Shown here in pieces: positions 53,951 through 64,000 of a stretch of DNA of 64,000 nt. The first letter of the stretch is position 1; each line of letters opens with the position of its first letter. Below the pieces are notes generated by a model. It saw only the letters and a program-made list of their open reading frames with translations. It searched no databases and was not told where the DNA came from. Origin of the DNA: Prasinococcaceae sp. CCMP 1430 (taxonomy: Eukaryota; Plantae; Prasinodermophyta); assembly GCA_013416795.1 (NCBI GenBank), contig RQSC01000028.1, positions 527,810 through 591,809 on the forward strand, written 5' to 3'. The position numbers and the translations under genes were made by a program.

Positions 53951-56775
53951 AAGAAAGGCTGCGGGGCTCGAGGTGTCAGCAACAGCCTGGAACAGGGCCA
54001 GCACGCGCTGCGCTGCACACGCGTAGGCGCTCCTGTAGGTATATCGCTCATCAGTACACGTTCCCACTGGCACAGGCCTGCGTGTGTATCTACCACGCAC
54101 CGTCACCCAAAGAAAACCCCAAGGCAGCGTCTTGACCGGCCGGTTCGACCTCTCTCCTCCGGGCACGGTGTTTGAGAAGGACGCGAGCTTAGGTTCAGGC
54201 AAAGGCGGCGCTTGTGATGATGCGTCCTCGTCGGAGCGCACGCTACTTTCGGACTCGCCGTCGTCAGCAGCGTAGGCTGGCCCAGCAAACAAAACAGCTG
54301 TGGCAATAGCTATGGGATCAGCATCGGCGGTCCGCCTTGCGTCCCACGGTAAACTTCTGCCGCCATCGCTGCCGTTCTTTTGCGCGCCGTTGAGGAGCTC
54401 GCTTTCGCGCATCGCAGAGCGCATAGCGGTGTACGAGAATGAACAGAGCGCGGCGGCCTCTGCTTCGCTGAACGTGTCCAAACTGGTGCGGAGCGAGCGT
54501 ATAGACTTGAGGGCCTCGCTCGAAAAGGCCGCACCCAGCGATGGCGGCAGCCGGACAGCTGGCGTCGCCACTGCTTGTGGTTGTTGCTCGCACTGTGCCG
54601 TCGCAGAGTGCCCGTCGGGCTCGTCTTCGTTGCGTTCATCCACCGTTCCACTCGCGTCCTCCATAAAAAAGCTCACGGCACAAGTGCCACCGGTGTCGTC
54701 GTCCGCGGCGCACATGACTTCAATAGTTACCGTGATTGTGGCGTCCCTCATCGGGAGCATTGACATGCGGCTGAACTCAGCCGCATTTACATCAGTGTCA
54801 CGACCGAGTTCATTCTCAACCTGAGGTTCCGCACCTGTCTGGCAGCTGTCACTGGCGACGGCGACGGGAGTCGGTCGTACGCCTCGCTGCTGGAGGCGGT
54901 TGCTCGATAGTCGGACGGGGCGGCCCTCCGCGTCAATCAGCGACACCTGTCGATGCACCTTCTCCTTCTCGGCGTCACGCCTATTGAAGGCAAGCGAGCA
55001 GTGCACCACCTCCGTCCCACGTTGCTTGGCTTCCTCCATGATGCTGATCGTCTGGTGCAGCATAATGCACTCAACAGAACGGTAGGCGCACTTGAGGAAG
55101 CTATGGGCGCCCGGGCACCGTCGTTCGAGGGGAAAACTGAGCGCCCCGTCGCTGCAGTGCACGAAATCGCATCCCACGTCGAGCAACGACAAGACACCCG
55201 TATTGTCGGCGACTCCGCCATCGATGATAGACACCTCGAGGCCTGCGTACAGGCCATCGAGGGTGAGAGGATCAAATGCGCCCGGGACGCACGCGCTGGC
55301 TGCTACAGCGGCACCTAGCGAGCAGCGGTCCGCGAGCTCTCGCGGAAGCGTGTCGTACACGACCGGAGCCAAGTACACATTCGTGTCATGTATCGTCCGC
55401 AGCTCGCCAAGCTCGCCCATCCAACCACCGCTGCTGAAGACGAAGCGATGACCCGTGTTGAGCGTGCACCCCTGCACCAGCAGCAGCGGCACCTTGTTGC
55501 GGCGGAGTGCATTTTGCAAACGAGGCTCCGACACCATCTCCTCAGTGATGTGCGTCGGTCGCGGGTCGCGCAGCTGCGGCTCGAGTTCCTCGAACACCTC
55601 GCCGCTGCTGCCGCCGCCACTGGAGCTGTCGCCTCCGCCCGGCGAAGCCTCGCCGACAGGCCCCCCGGCTGGAAGAATGCGCAGCGCTCGCAGGTGAAAC
55701 AGCTGGAGCGGCAGCGGCGCGCCGTCTTCGCAGCGCACCTCGCGCCGCCTGCGCCCGCCGCCCCCGAAGCGCCTGCGCGCACCAGTCCGTCCGCGCGCGG
55801 CCTCGGGGTCGTCGTGGCGCCTCCTGCGGTGCCGCAGCGCGCGCGCGAAGAGGCCGCCCTCGATGAGCCTGCCAATGACGGGGGAGCGACTGCCAACGCG
55901 CGCGGTCACGGCCGCGGTGCTTGGCGCGTCAAGCAGCATGCGCCACATCAGGCTGTTGCTGCAGAATCCGGTGACGTCCTCAATCAGCTGTCGCACGACC
56001 CCTCGGTAGTCCTGCGCATGTGGCCAGTGGAAAGACATCCGGAGTCCAGGACTGGTCAGTACCAGGCACTGCGCGCGCCAACCACTCTCTCGGGGGCGCG
56101 GCGGCGGTGGTGCGTGCTCTCGCCACTCACCTCGCATGTGATCTCTGCATCCTTTTTGCTTTCGAGCAGGTTGCGCAGCAGCAGGTAGAGGTGCGCGCCC
56201 ACGATGGCGCCTCCGCTGACGCAGCTGATGACCTCGACGTGCCTGAGCGCGTCGGCGTCGGCGAGCCGCGCGAGGGCGCCGAGGTGATAGAGCTGAGTGC
56301 GCGGACGAGGAGGGTACGGGAGCGTGTTGTGTGTGTGTGGTGGTGGTGGTGGTGGGTGGGTGGAGTGGGGTTGACGCGCGCGCGCCAATTAGCACCAGTC
56401 ACGTAGATGTGCGGAAATGTGACGCACGCATTGATCATGATTGATGCCTTCTTTTTGGGGGGTGGGGGGGCGCTGCTACGCAGCTTGCAGAGCACGCATG
56501 GCCTCACGCAGGCTGGCGCGTCGGCTGGGTGATCTGCGGGCCACATCACTGGCGCGCGCGCGCGCTGGTCGTGCGTCTGCGTGATCTACGAACGCATGCG
56601 AGAGCCCTGCAGGGCCTGCCCGCTCAAGCTGTCATCTTTTGGACGCGCGTGCTTGCGAGGCGCCACGTACCGTAGCGCGGAAGCCACCGCCGCTGAGGCA
56701 CAGCCCGACACGCCGCCCCTTGCCCGCATTCTTCGCGGCCTCGCCCGCGCTCACGTCTTCTCCCGCGGCCGGCAT
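53855..56775 (-). CDS. Patatin-like phospholipase of bacterial-type subfamily, at least 3 exons
   Basis: Exon 1 MPAAGED...RVGLCLSGGGFRAT (ATG 56775), intron 56670-56293; exon 2 LYHLGALARL...ISCVSGGAIVG (nucleophile Ser); intron 56130-56012; exon 3 DYRGVV...ASACVPGAF...IIDGGVADNTG (catalytic Asp)...LRTSLDTFSEAEAAAL. Confidence 0.88.
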
Positions 56776-57971
56776 TTGGTCCCTCCGTTCCAACGCCCTA
56801 GCTCGCTCGGGGGGTGCAGGCAGGTGGCAGCCTGTGTGTGGTGCGGCCGCTGCGGACGCTGCTGCTGCGTCGCCGCCTTTGCTTCAGTACCCCCCCCTTG
56901 CGCAGAGGGCGCGTAGAAGGATACTCCCACGCGAGCGCGTTGCGGCCGCTCAGCCGCGCCGCGCCGCGACCCTGCCCCCCGACGCACTCGCAAGCCCACT
57001 CTCGCCGCCTTGGGAGAAGATCGTCTTGCTGAGCGTCTCAATGAAGAGCTTTCGCGCGCTGAGTGGGGCGCGCCGGCCACGGGCAGCGCAGCGCGCGGGT
57101 CGGAGGGCGGGGGCTGCGCGCGGGGCGCTCCCTCCGACGTCCTCTCAGCACCCCCGCCTCGACGCCTCGGAGGTCGGTCGTGAGCGGAGCTGATCGGCGC
57201 CCCGTCCGAAGGTCAAACGCACATTGCAACGAAAAAAAGGTGCGCCACAAAAAAGAGAGAGAAAAGCTGCCTGCAAGAAATGCATGCAATTTGATCAAGC
57301 AATTTAGAACTTTAGGAGCATCGGCATCAGCATCGTCCTCGGCGGCGCCCACCGACACACAAGCACGCGGCATCGGCATCCTAAAATGCATCTACTAGTC
57401 TCGAAATAGAGAAGGTCAAAACGAAGAGGAAAACGCCGCGGGCGTCATGCGCACGCGCCGTGATGGGAAAGCGGGGGACTTTCGCAATCTACGTCAATTC
57501 GAATTGGAGCGGGCGGGTGGAAAAAAAAGTCGAAGGGTGATTGATTGCAACAGTTCGGCGAAGCGTTTTCAGCTCTTCTTCCACCCAGGGCGGATGTTTC
57601 TATATTCTATAAACCCTAAGTGTCTATACCCAAAATGCTCGATTTTGGTCGTGGTGGGAACTTCGTGGTGAAAAAGAAAGGGGTTGACGCGAGCCAACCA
57701 TATCGGAAACGCGCGGATGGGATGCGCCGGGACTCGACGCGACGCGACGCGACGCGGCGCCAGATCGCAGAGCGCGCGGGGCGCTACAGGCGCCGCGGGG
57801 GCGCCTGGGCACGCGCACCCCGCTCTCGCGCGGCCGCAGCGGCAGCGGGGAGCGAAGGAGGTCACGCGCCTCGGCTGCGCGCCCTCTCCGACTGGNGCGG
57901 GGCGCCGGGCAGAGGAGGCGCCGACCGCGGCAGCGGCGGGCGCCGACACTCCCGCCGCCCCTCCTCCGCGG

Positions 57972-59385
57972 ATGGCCTCGATCCTACTCGTCGGCGGGAC
58001 CGGCCGCGTGGGCACGGCCGCCGCGTCGCACCTGCTGCGGCGGTCGGGAGACGTCCGCGTCACGCTCGCTGGCCGCGGCGCCGAGGGCAGGCGCGGAGCG
58101 GGCGCCGCGTACGAGGCGGCAATGGACGCGGGAGGTGCGTTGGCGCGGGCCGCTGCCGGCGCCCGCGCCGCCTGCCTGCCAGCCATGCGACCGCCCCTCT
58201 CTCGTCCGTCGCTCCTCTCGCGCGTCAACTGCTGACGCGCCGCGATCGCCTCCCTCTCTCTCCTTTGCCGCAGGCCCAGCGGACAGCAGCCGCGTGGCGC
58301 TGCAGCGGCTCGACCTGGACGCCAGCTCCCCCGAGCAGCTCGCGGCCGCCGTGGCGGGCTACGACGCGGTGCTGCACACGGCCGGGCCCTTCGAGAGCGA
58401 CGACACGCGGCTGCTGGAGGCGTGCATTGCCGCCCGCGTGCCGGTGTACTGCGACGTGGCGGATCCCATCGAGTACCTGGCCAAGGCGCGCGGTGAGGAG
58501 ATGAACGCGCGCGCGGCCGAGGCCGGCACGATGGCGCTCTGCGCCGCGGGCGCCTTCCCAGGCCTAAGCAACCTGCTGGCCGCCAAGCTGGCGCGGGACC
58601 TCGCGCCTGCTCGAATCGCCGACGTCGACTTCCAGTACTTCACGGCGGGCCTCGGCGGCTCGGGAGCGGTCAACCTGCTCATCACGAACCTGGGCTTCGG
58701 CGCGCAGCTGCCGCGGTACAGGGGCGGCCGGTACGCGCCGGCGCGCGAGGCGGGCGTGGGCGGCGGACGCGTCGATTTCTTCCTGAGCGAGGCCGACGCC
58801 AGCTTCGCGCGCGTGGGCACGCGGGACACGTGGCCGTGGCCGTTCCCTGAGGCAGCCACCGTCGCTGACCACCTTCGCATCAGCGGCGACTCCAACGCGT
58901 CGATGGGCACCGCGCCGGACATCTGGAACGCCGTGATGCGCGTCATGTGCGAGCGCCTGCCGCGCGACTGGTGGTCGGACGAGCGCTTCAGCGCCGCCTT
59001 GGCAGACTTCAGCAGGCCGCTCGTGGCGCTCACGGACGCGGCGGTGGGCGAGACGCATTGCATGCGTGTTGACGTGCGCGCCGAAGACGGGCGGCGCGCC
59101 TCCGCCGTGCAGGGCCACGACAGCTTCAGGAGGTGCGTCGGCCAGAGCATGGCCGAGTTCGCGCTAGACCTTCTTGCCAGGCGGGGCACCAACTTGTTCT
59201 CGCCGGGGGTGCGGTGTCCAGAGGGCTTGTACGAGTGCCAGGGCTCGTCGGAAGGTGCCGGCGAGGATCGTCCAGGAGCGTCTGCCGCCGAAGCGGCGGA
59301 TGCCCTGCTGGAGCGGCTATGCTCAACGCCGGGCACGTTCACCTACGCCGTTTCTGTCGGGCAGGTCGACGACAGCGCGCTGTGA
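57972..59385 (+). CDS. Saccharopine dehydrogenase-like NAD(P)-binding oxidoreductase, 2 exons
   Basis: Rossmann ILLVGGTGRVG, VLHTAGPF, YCDVAD, GAFPGLSNLL and FQYFTAGLGGSG; intron at ~58135-58273. Confidence 0.9.
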
Positions 59386-59440
59386 GTCTTTCGGCGAATC
59401 CGTCCATGTCGGCGGGCCTGGAGCGCATCTGCTGCTGCAA

Positions 59441-59807
59441 AGGGTGCGATTACAGTGCAAGAAGACGCAAGCGCAAGGTTGCGTAGCGCGCGTGTGTAAG
59501 ATCTAGGTTCGTGTGTGAGAGCGAGCTATCCACCCGCAGCGCGGCTGCGAGAGCGGCGCCTTGGGTGGTCGTGTGTGTGCACGCCGCACGCGCGGAGCAC
59601 GCATGTCGACGATGAACTGTGCAGGCCGTCGGCAAGGACCCGAAGGACCTTGTCCGTCGGCCAGCGGCTTGGGTCCGTCTGCGTGACCCGGTTGGTGAAG
59701 AGGTGATCGATGTCGGCTATGGAGAACCTGTGCGTACGGCCCAGGGTGTCGAACGCCAGCGGGAGGAACTGGATCCTGTGTTGCGCGCAGATGTCCGCGT
59801 AGCGCTG
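59441..59807 (-). repeat. Left arm of ~365 bp inverted repeat (retroelement 3' end, pointing left)
   Basis: Reverse complement of 62144-62509; the outer part is near-identical and the inner part more diverged. Confidence 0.93.
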
Positions 59808-60399
59808 GCGGTGGGCCTTGTAGAGGCGCTCCAGGCCCGCCGCGGTGAACGGGTTCGTGCCTGCCATGTCGACCTTGGCTGACGGATCCGTGATCTCGTC
59901 TCGCGGCGCCACCCAAGGATGCGCCTTCGGGTCCCTCCTGCACTGCCTGGTCTCTCGCGAGCCACTGATGCAGTACGTCACCGAGATCCGCAAGTAGACA
60001 GTCATTTACCTGATGACCTACCCCAGCACTGCCTGGTCTCTCGCGAGCCACTGATGCAGTACGTCACCGAGATCCGCAAGCTGGACCCCGACGCCATGGT
60101 CCTCTCCATCATCGACGACGTCGCGACGGTCTGCGACGGCGCCAAGGTCCCGCTGGCCAAGGCCACGGATCTGCTCAACGAGGCGATGGCCACAGTGGGG
60201 GTGACTTACCACGGTCTCGACTCTGACAAAGTCGTCACCTTCCGCCCCCACTCCGCCTTCCACGGCAAAGAGTCGACCGCGCTACCCCCTCCTCCACTCT
60301 CCACCATCCCGACCAAGCCTTCCGTCGAAGAACTTCGGGCCTTCATCTCGCTACTGGCGGCTGAGGAGCCCAAGTTGGAGCGGCGGGCGGCGGCAACGA

Positions 60400-61806
60400 A
60401 TGGCTCGCAAGGCAGTCAGCAACGTACACACACGATCGCCCCAGGCGCCGCTCTCGCGGCAGCGCTGCGGGCGGATAGCTAGCTTTCACTCATGCCAGTG
60501 GACGCGCCGCCAAAGTGGTCGCGCTCGCCAATCAAGCCTTCCGTCGAAGAACTTCGGGCCTTCATCTCGCTTCGCGTCTGTCAACGGGGCGAGTGGACGC
60601 GCCGCCAAAGTGGTCGCGCTCGCCAAGTCCCAGCAACGCAAGCTGCGCATGCACGTCCACCCTGACAGGCTCACCGCTGCCCGCAAGGAGGCGCTTGGCA
60701 ACGCCCTCCTCGACAAGATCGCCGACGTCAACTGCGTCCTCGATGCGGCTCTGCTCACCGTGGGCGACGGCAAGGCGGTGGTCGCCTACCTCGACTCCCT
60801 TCCCCCCGACCCCCGCACCTCCACCGCCGGATGCGCGCCAGGGGCGGTTCAAGGCGTTGTCGTCGTGGGCTTCCCGCTCGGCACCAAGGACTTCGTTGCA
60901 GGGGCTCTCGCGAAGAAGGACGCGGTGTACTACCGCAAGCTCACCGCCTGCAACCAGTTCTCCGCGTGGGGACACAACAGCGCAGCGCTCTTGCTGCTCC
61001 GTATGTGCGTCCACCCCATCAGCGACTACCTCCTGCGCGGCCTCTTCCCGGGCGGCAAGGGCGAACAGGACAGGTACGCTGAGCCAACACACTTCCTCGT
61101 GAAGCGTCACCACGCCCTGCTTCAGGCCACAGTGGACTGCGCGCTCGGCCAGATCCCGCCAGACGACACTCCGACCCGCACCGAGTCGCTGGCGAAGATC
61201 TTCCCCAAGCACGTCGGGCTTCCGATCTCCCAGGGAGGATTCGGTATGCGCGCCCCTTCCACCGTTCGCCTGCCGGCGTGGGTTGGTGCGAGGACTTCAG
61301 TCCTTCACCTCGCCACACGCCACCCCCTCGCTTGGCAGTACTTCACCCGCCCCGACACAGCGGGCGCTGCCCTGTACGAGGCCCTGCAGACCATGCTCAA
61401 CACCGACGACGAGCCCCTGGTTCCACCGTTTCCCGCGAATGCCGATCCGAGTCGGCCCAGTTTCCCCACTACTCCCCTTTACAACGCAGCTTACGCCGGC
61501 CACGATAAGTGCGTGCAGCTGCTGCTCGAGGCGGGCGCGGACACAAACACGGGCGATGTGAGATACGACATGACTCCTTTGAACGGTGCAACCGAGCTGG
61601 GTCACATTGAGTGCGTGCGACTGCTGCTGGAGGCGGGCGCCGACATGAACCAGCCAGACAAAGACAAGTTCACCCCAATTATTACTGCAGCCCGATGGAA
61701 CCGCGCAGACTGCCTCGAGCTCCTGATCGAGGCAGGCGCCGAAATTGAGAAGCGGGACCTTGGCGCCGTCGCAGACCGTCTCGACGTCGTCGATGATGGC
61801 AGCTAA
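60400..61806 (+). pseudogene. Chimeric ORF: J-like HPD segment + RT thumb + three ankyrin repeats
   Basis: 468 aa open frame; ankyrin repeats TPLYNAAYAGHDKCVQLLLEAGAD, TPLNGATELGHIECVRLLLEAGAD and TPIITAARWNRADCLELLIEAGAE at ~61468-61757. Confidence 0.7.
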
Positions 61807-62143
61807 GGGTGCGATTACAGTATGGAAAGACGCAAGCGAGAGGTTGCGTAGCGCGCGTGTGTCTAAGATGATGATGACGATGATGGAGAGGACCATGGCG
61901 TCGGGGTCCAGCTTGCTGGCAGTAGGCACACCTGCGGCTGCCTGACCGGCTCATCGAAGCCACCGTCAAGGACCGCTGCAAGCGCTTCCTCGACGACTCC
62001 GCCAACTGGGAACTGCTCCACAACGAAGCACACGTCGAGCTCGCCACCGCTGCGACAGAGGCGCAACAGTTCGTCGCTGGCAGCGACAGCAACGAACGGG
62101 TCATCTCGTCTCGCGGCGCCACCCAAGGATGCGCCTTCGGGTA

Positions 62144-62509
62144 GCGCTACGCGAAAACTCTGTGAGCACCACCACATCCAGTTCCACACGCTGGCGTTCG
62201 ACACCCTGGGCCGGGCGCACAGGTCCTCCAGAGGTGCCATCGAGCACCTCTTCACCAACAGGGTCACGGCGACGAACCCAAGCCGTTGGCCGACGGGCAA
62301 GGCTCTTCGGGTCCTTGCCGACGGCCTGCACAATTCATCGTCTGCATGCGTGCTCCGCGCGTGCGGCGTGCACACACACGACCACCCAAGGCGCCGCTCT
62401 CGCAGCCGCGCTGCGGGTGGATAGCTCGCTCTCACACACGAACCTAGATCTTACACACGCGCGCTACGCAACCTTGCGCTTGCGTCTCCTCGTACTGTAA
62501 TCGCACCCT
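62144..62509 (+). repeat. Right arm of ~365 bp inverted repeat (retroelement 3' end, pointing right)
   Basis: Ends ...CTGTAATCGCACCCT, matching AGGGTGCGATTACAG at 59441 and at 61806. Confidence 0.93.
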
Positions 62510-63318
62510 ACACTACTATAACTTGCTTGATAACTTCTTACACAGGAGCGCGGCAAACCTCAATGCTGCAGCTCGACACGGCACTCTCTCTCTCTCCGCA
62601 AATCGCCATTGTTTGTTATCACGTTCTCAGTCTCTCTCCCCTCCCTCTTTACGCTCTCTCCCCTCCCTCCCCCACCCACCCACCCACCCACCCACCCACC
62701 TGCTCCCCCGTCCGCATCCCCCCCTGCCTGCGAGCGGATAACGCTCGTGGCATTTTTTAGGGTTTACGCCGAAAATATCGCGATGCGCTCCAACCGCAAC
62801 CCACAAACGCTGAAACCGCCATCAAATCACACCGAAACGAACGCGAGCTGCAGATTTGAGGTTTCGAGGCGTTAATGCAATGCATGCTGACGTTGGATTC
62901 GGATCGATAGGGTCTGTGGGAAGAGGGTGCGCGGGGCGCCGGGCGTGGGGCGGCGCCGGCCAGCCGCGGGGTGGGTGGGTTGGTGGGGTGTGGAGCTGGG
63001 AGGAGAGCTGCGAGGACGCCGAAGAGTGGCTGAGGAGGGAGGCTGCGCCACTGCGCGCGCGCGCGCGCGCGCGCGCGCGCGCCTGGCGCCGCGGGGTCCC
63101 CTCCCTCCCCCACCCACCCACCCACCCACCCACCCACCCCGAAACCCCTTCTCTCTCCCACTGGTGGCAGCACCCCGTGAAGGACTGCGTGTACCTCATG
63201 TCTGCCGCGCCAGGTAGACATCCCAAGGCGTCTCCCAAGTACAACAAGGTCTGCACGCTCTCCTTGCCGCGCGAGGCAGGTGGCGTCGTGTCCACACATG
63301 CATCAACGCGATGGCTCG

Positions 63319-63730
63319 CTAGCAACCAGGCGGTAGTTGGACATCCGGAAGCGGACACGTCCTCGACGTGCCCAATGACGAGCCGCCATCGGACGCAAAC
63401 CACACGCGATAGTTTATGTTGACCATGATCAAAGTATCGAACAGCAGCCAGGAGAAGACGAGCACGTAGAAGCCCATGCGCTCGCTGTGCGTGGCGAGGA
63501 CTTCCTGAAGAGCCTTGGTGAACGGATAGAGCACAGGCCAATAGAACTTCGTCACCTTGATGTACACGTACAGGAGCACGATCGCCGACACAAGCGCGAC
63601 ACCTGAGAAGCCAAAGCTCGCCCAGTACTGAGAGTCGGAGAACGTTCGCACGGTGAACACCTGCTGTGGCAGGCAGGGGTCTGCGTCCGAGATGCGTTGG
63701 TCGCGCGAGTGCGCATGCGGGAGCAAACAC
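63319..63730 (-). CDS. Exon(s) of a multi-pass membrane protein; boundaries unresolved and the gene probably extends beyond the window
   Basis: Hydrophobic helices YWASFGFSGVALVSAIVLLYVYI and MGFYVLVFSWLLFDTLIMV with coding-like codon use; acceptor-like CAG near 63663. Confidence 0.5.
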
Positions 63731-64000
63731 GTGTCAGCGAGCACCGGCGGACGCAGCAATCTGCGCGCACGCATTCGCTGCGGGAAGCCTTTTCTAACTT
63801 ATGTGGCACCATACCCTGCCAGAAGTTGGCGGCGCGCGTGCAGATAAGAGAGCCAGCAAGCACATGTGGTGCGGCCAGCGTGCTTGTGGATCTGTGCAGA
63901 CGGCAGCTATGTGGGTGTCGCGAGTGTCGCGCGTCACGTACCCCGCTCGCTGTAGGGATAGTAGTCGCTGTTGGGCCCCCACCGCAGAATTGGGGATATC

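Larger units (their letters stand above)
59441..62509. mobile_element. Composite, scrambled non-LTR retrotransposon relic (CRE-like RT + REL endonuclease) bounded by long inverted repeats and carrying ankyrin repeats
   Basis: RT motifs SRGATQGCAFGSLLHCL and VLSIIDD; thumb GVVVVGFPLG...LLLLRMC...YLLRG...LPISQGGFGMR; REL C-terminus RYADIC...FLPLAFDTLG in both arms. Confidence 0.85.

Noticed and set aside
3481-58273. Introns screened by eye for introner-like repeated sequences
   Set aside because: They share only donor, branch and acceptor consensus and CG runs; no extended similarity seen. An all-vs-all alignment would be needed to exclude it fully.
59995-60026. GT...AG spacer between the 54-bp direct repeats considered as an intron
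   Set aside because: Only ~34 nt, far shorter than introns here, and removal would leave a tandem duplication rather than restore the RT
63140-63300. Plus-strand coding-like segment WWQHPVKDCVYLMS...
   Set aside because: The opposite strand is equally coding-like and could be an exon of the minus-strand membrane gene; cannot be resolved

Overview
GC-rich, gene-dense eukaryotic nuclear DNA from a green alga. The evidence is PsbO, PreP, CGLD27, GT-AG introns mostly of ~120-380 nt with GTGCG/GTACG donors, and TGTAA poly(A) signals; a prasinophyte-grade lineage is inferred, not proven. About 24 protein-coding genes are present: PreP, CGLD27, a giant EF-hand protein, a BTB-BACK-F5/8C protein, an ABCG half-transporter, PsbO, a DsbA-like protein, a choline-transporter-like protein, LCB2, a ULP2-type SUMO protease, PEX11, MCM5, TPGS1, a Treslin-like protein, TTC5, a DnaJ-DUF3752 protein, ABRACL/Costars, a pectin acetylesterase, an atypical CDPK-like kinase, a bacterial-type patatin, a saccharopine-dehydrogenase-like protein and several unknowns. 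Most ORFs in the six-frame track are GC-driven shadows. The most unusual feature is a ~3.07 kb element (59441-62509). It is bounded by ~365 bp inverted repeats made from the 3' end of a CRE-like (RT + REL endonuclease) non-LTR retrotransposon, both pointing outward. Inside are scrambled RT fragments in both orientations, a J-domain-like HPD segment and captured ankyrin repeats fused in frame to the RT thumb. AT-rich intergenic islands also carry a recurring GTAC-rich palindromic motif (TACCATC-WG-GATGGTAC), E2F and telo-box sites, and long (CG)n tracts. No rRNA, tRNA or CRISPR array was found. All family assignments come from motif recognition by eye; no database search was run.
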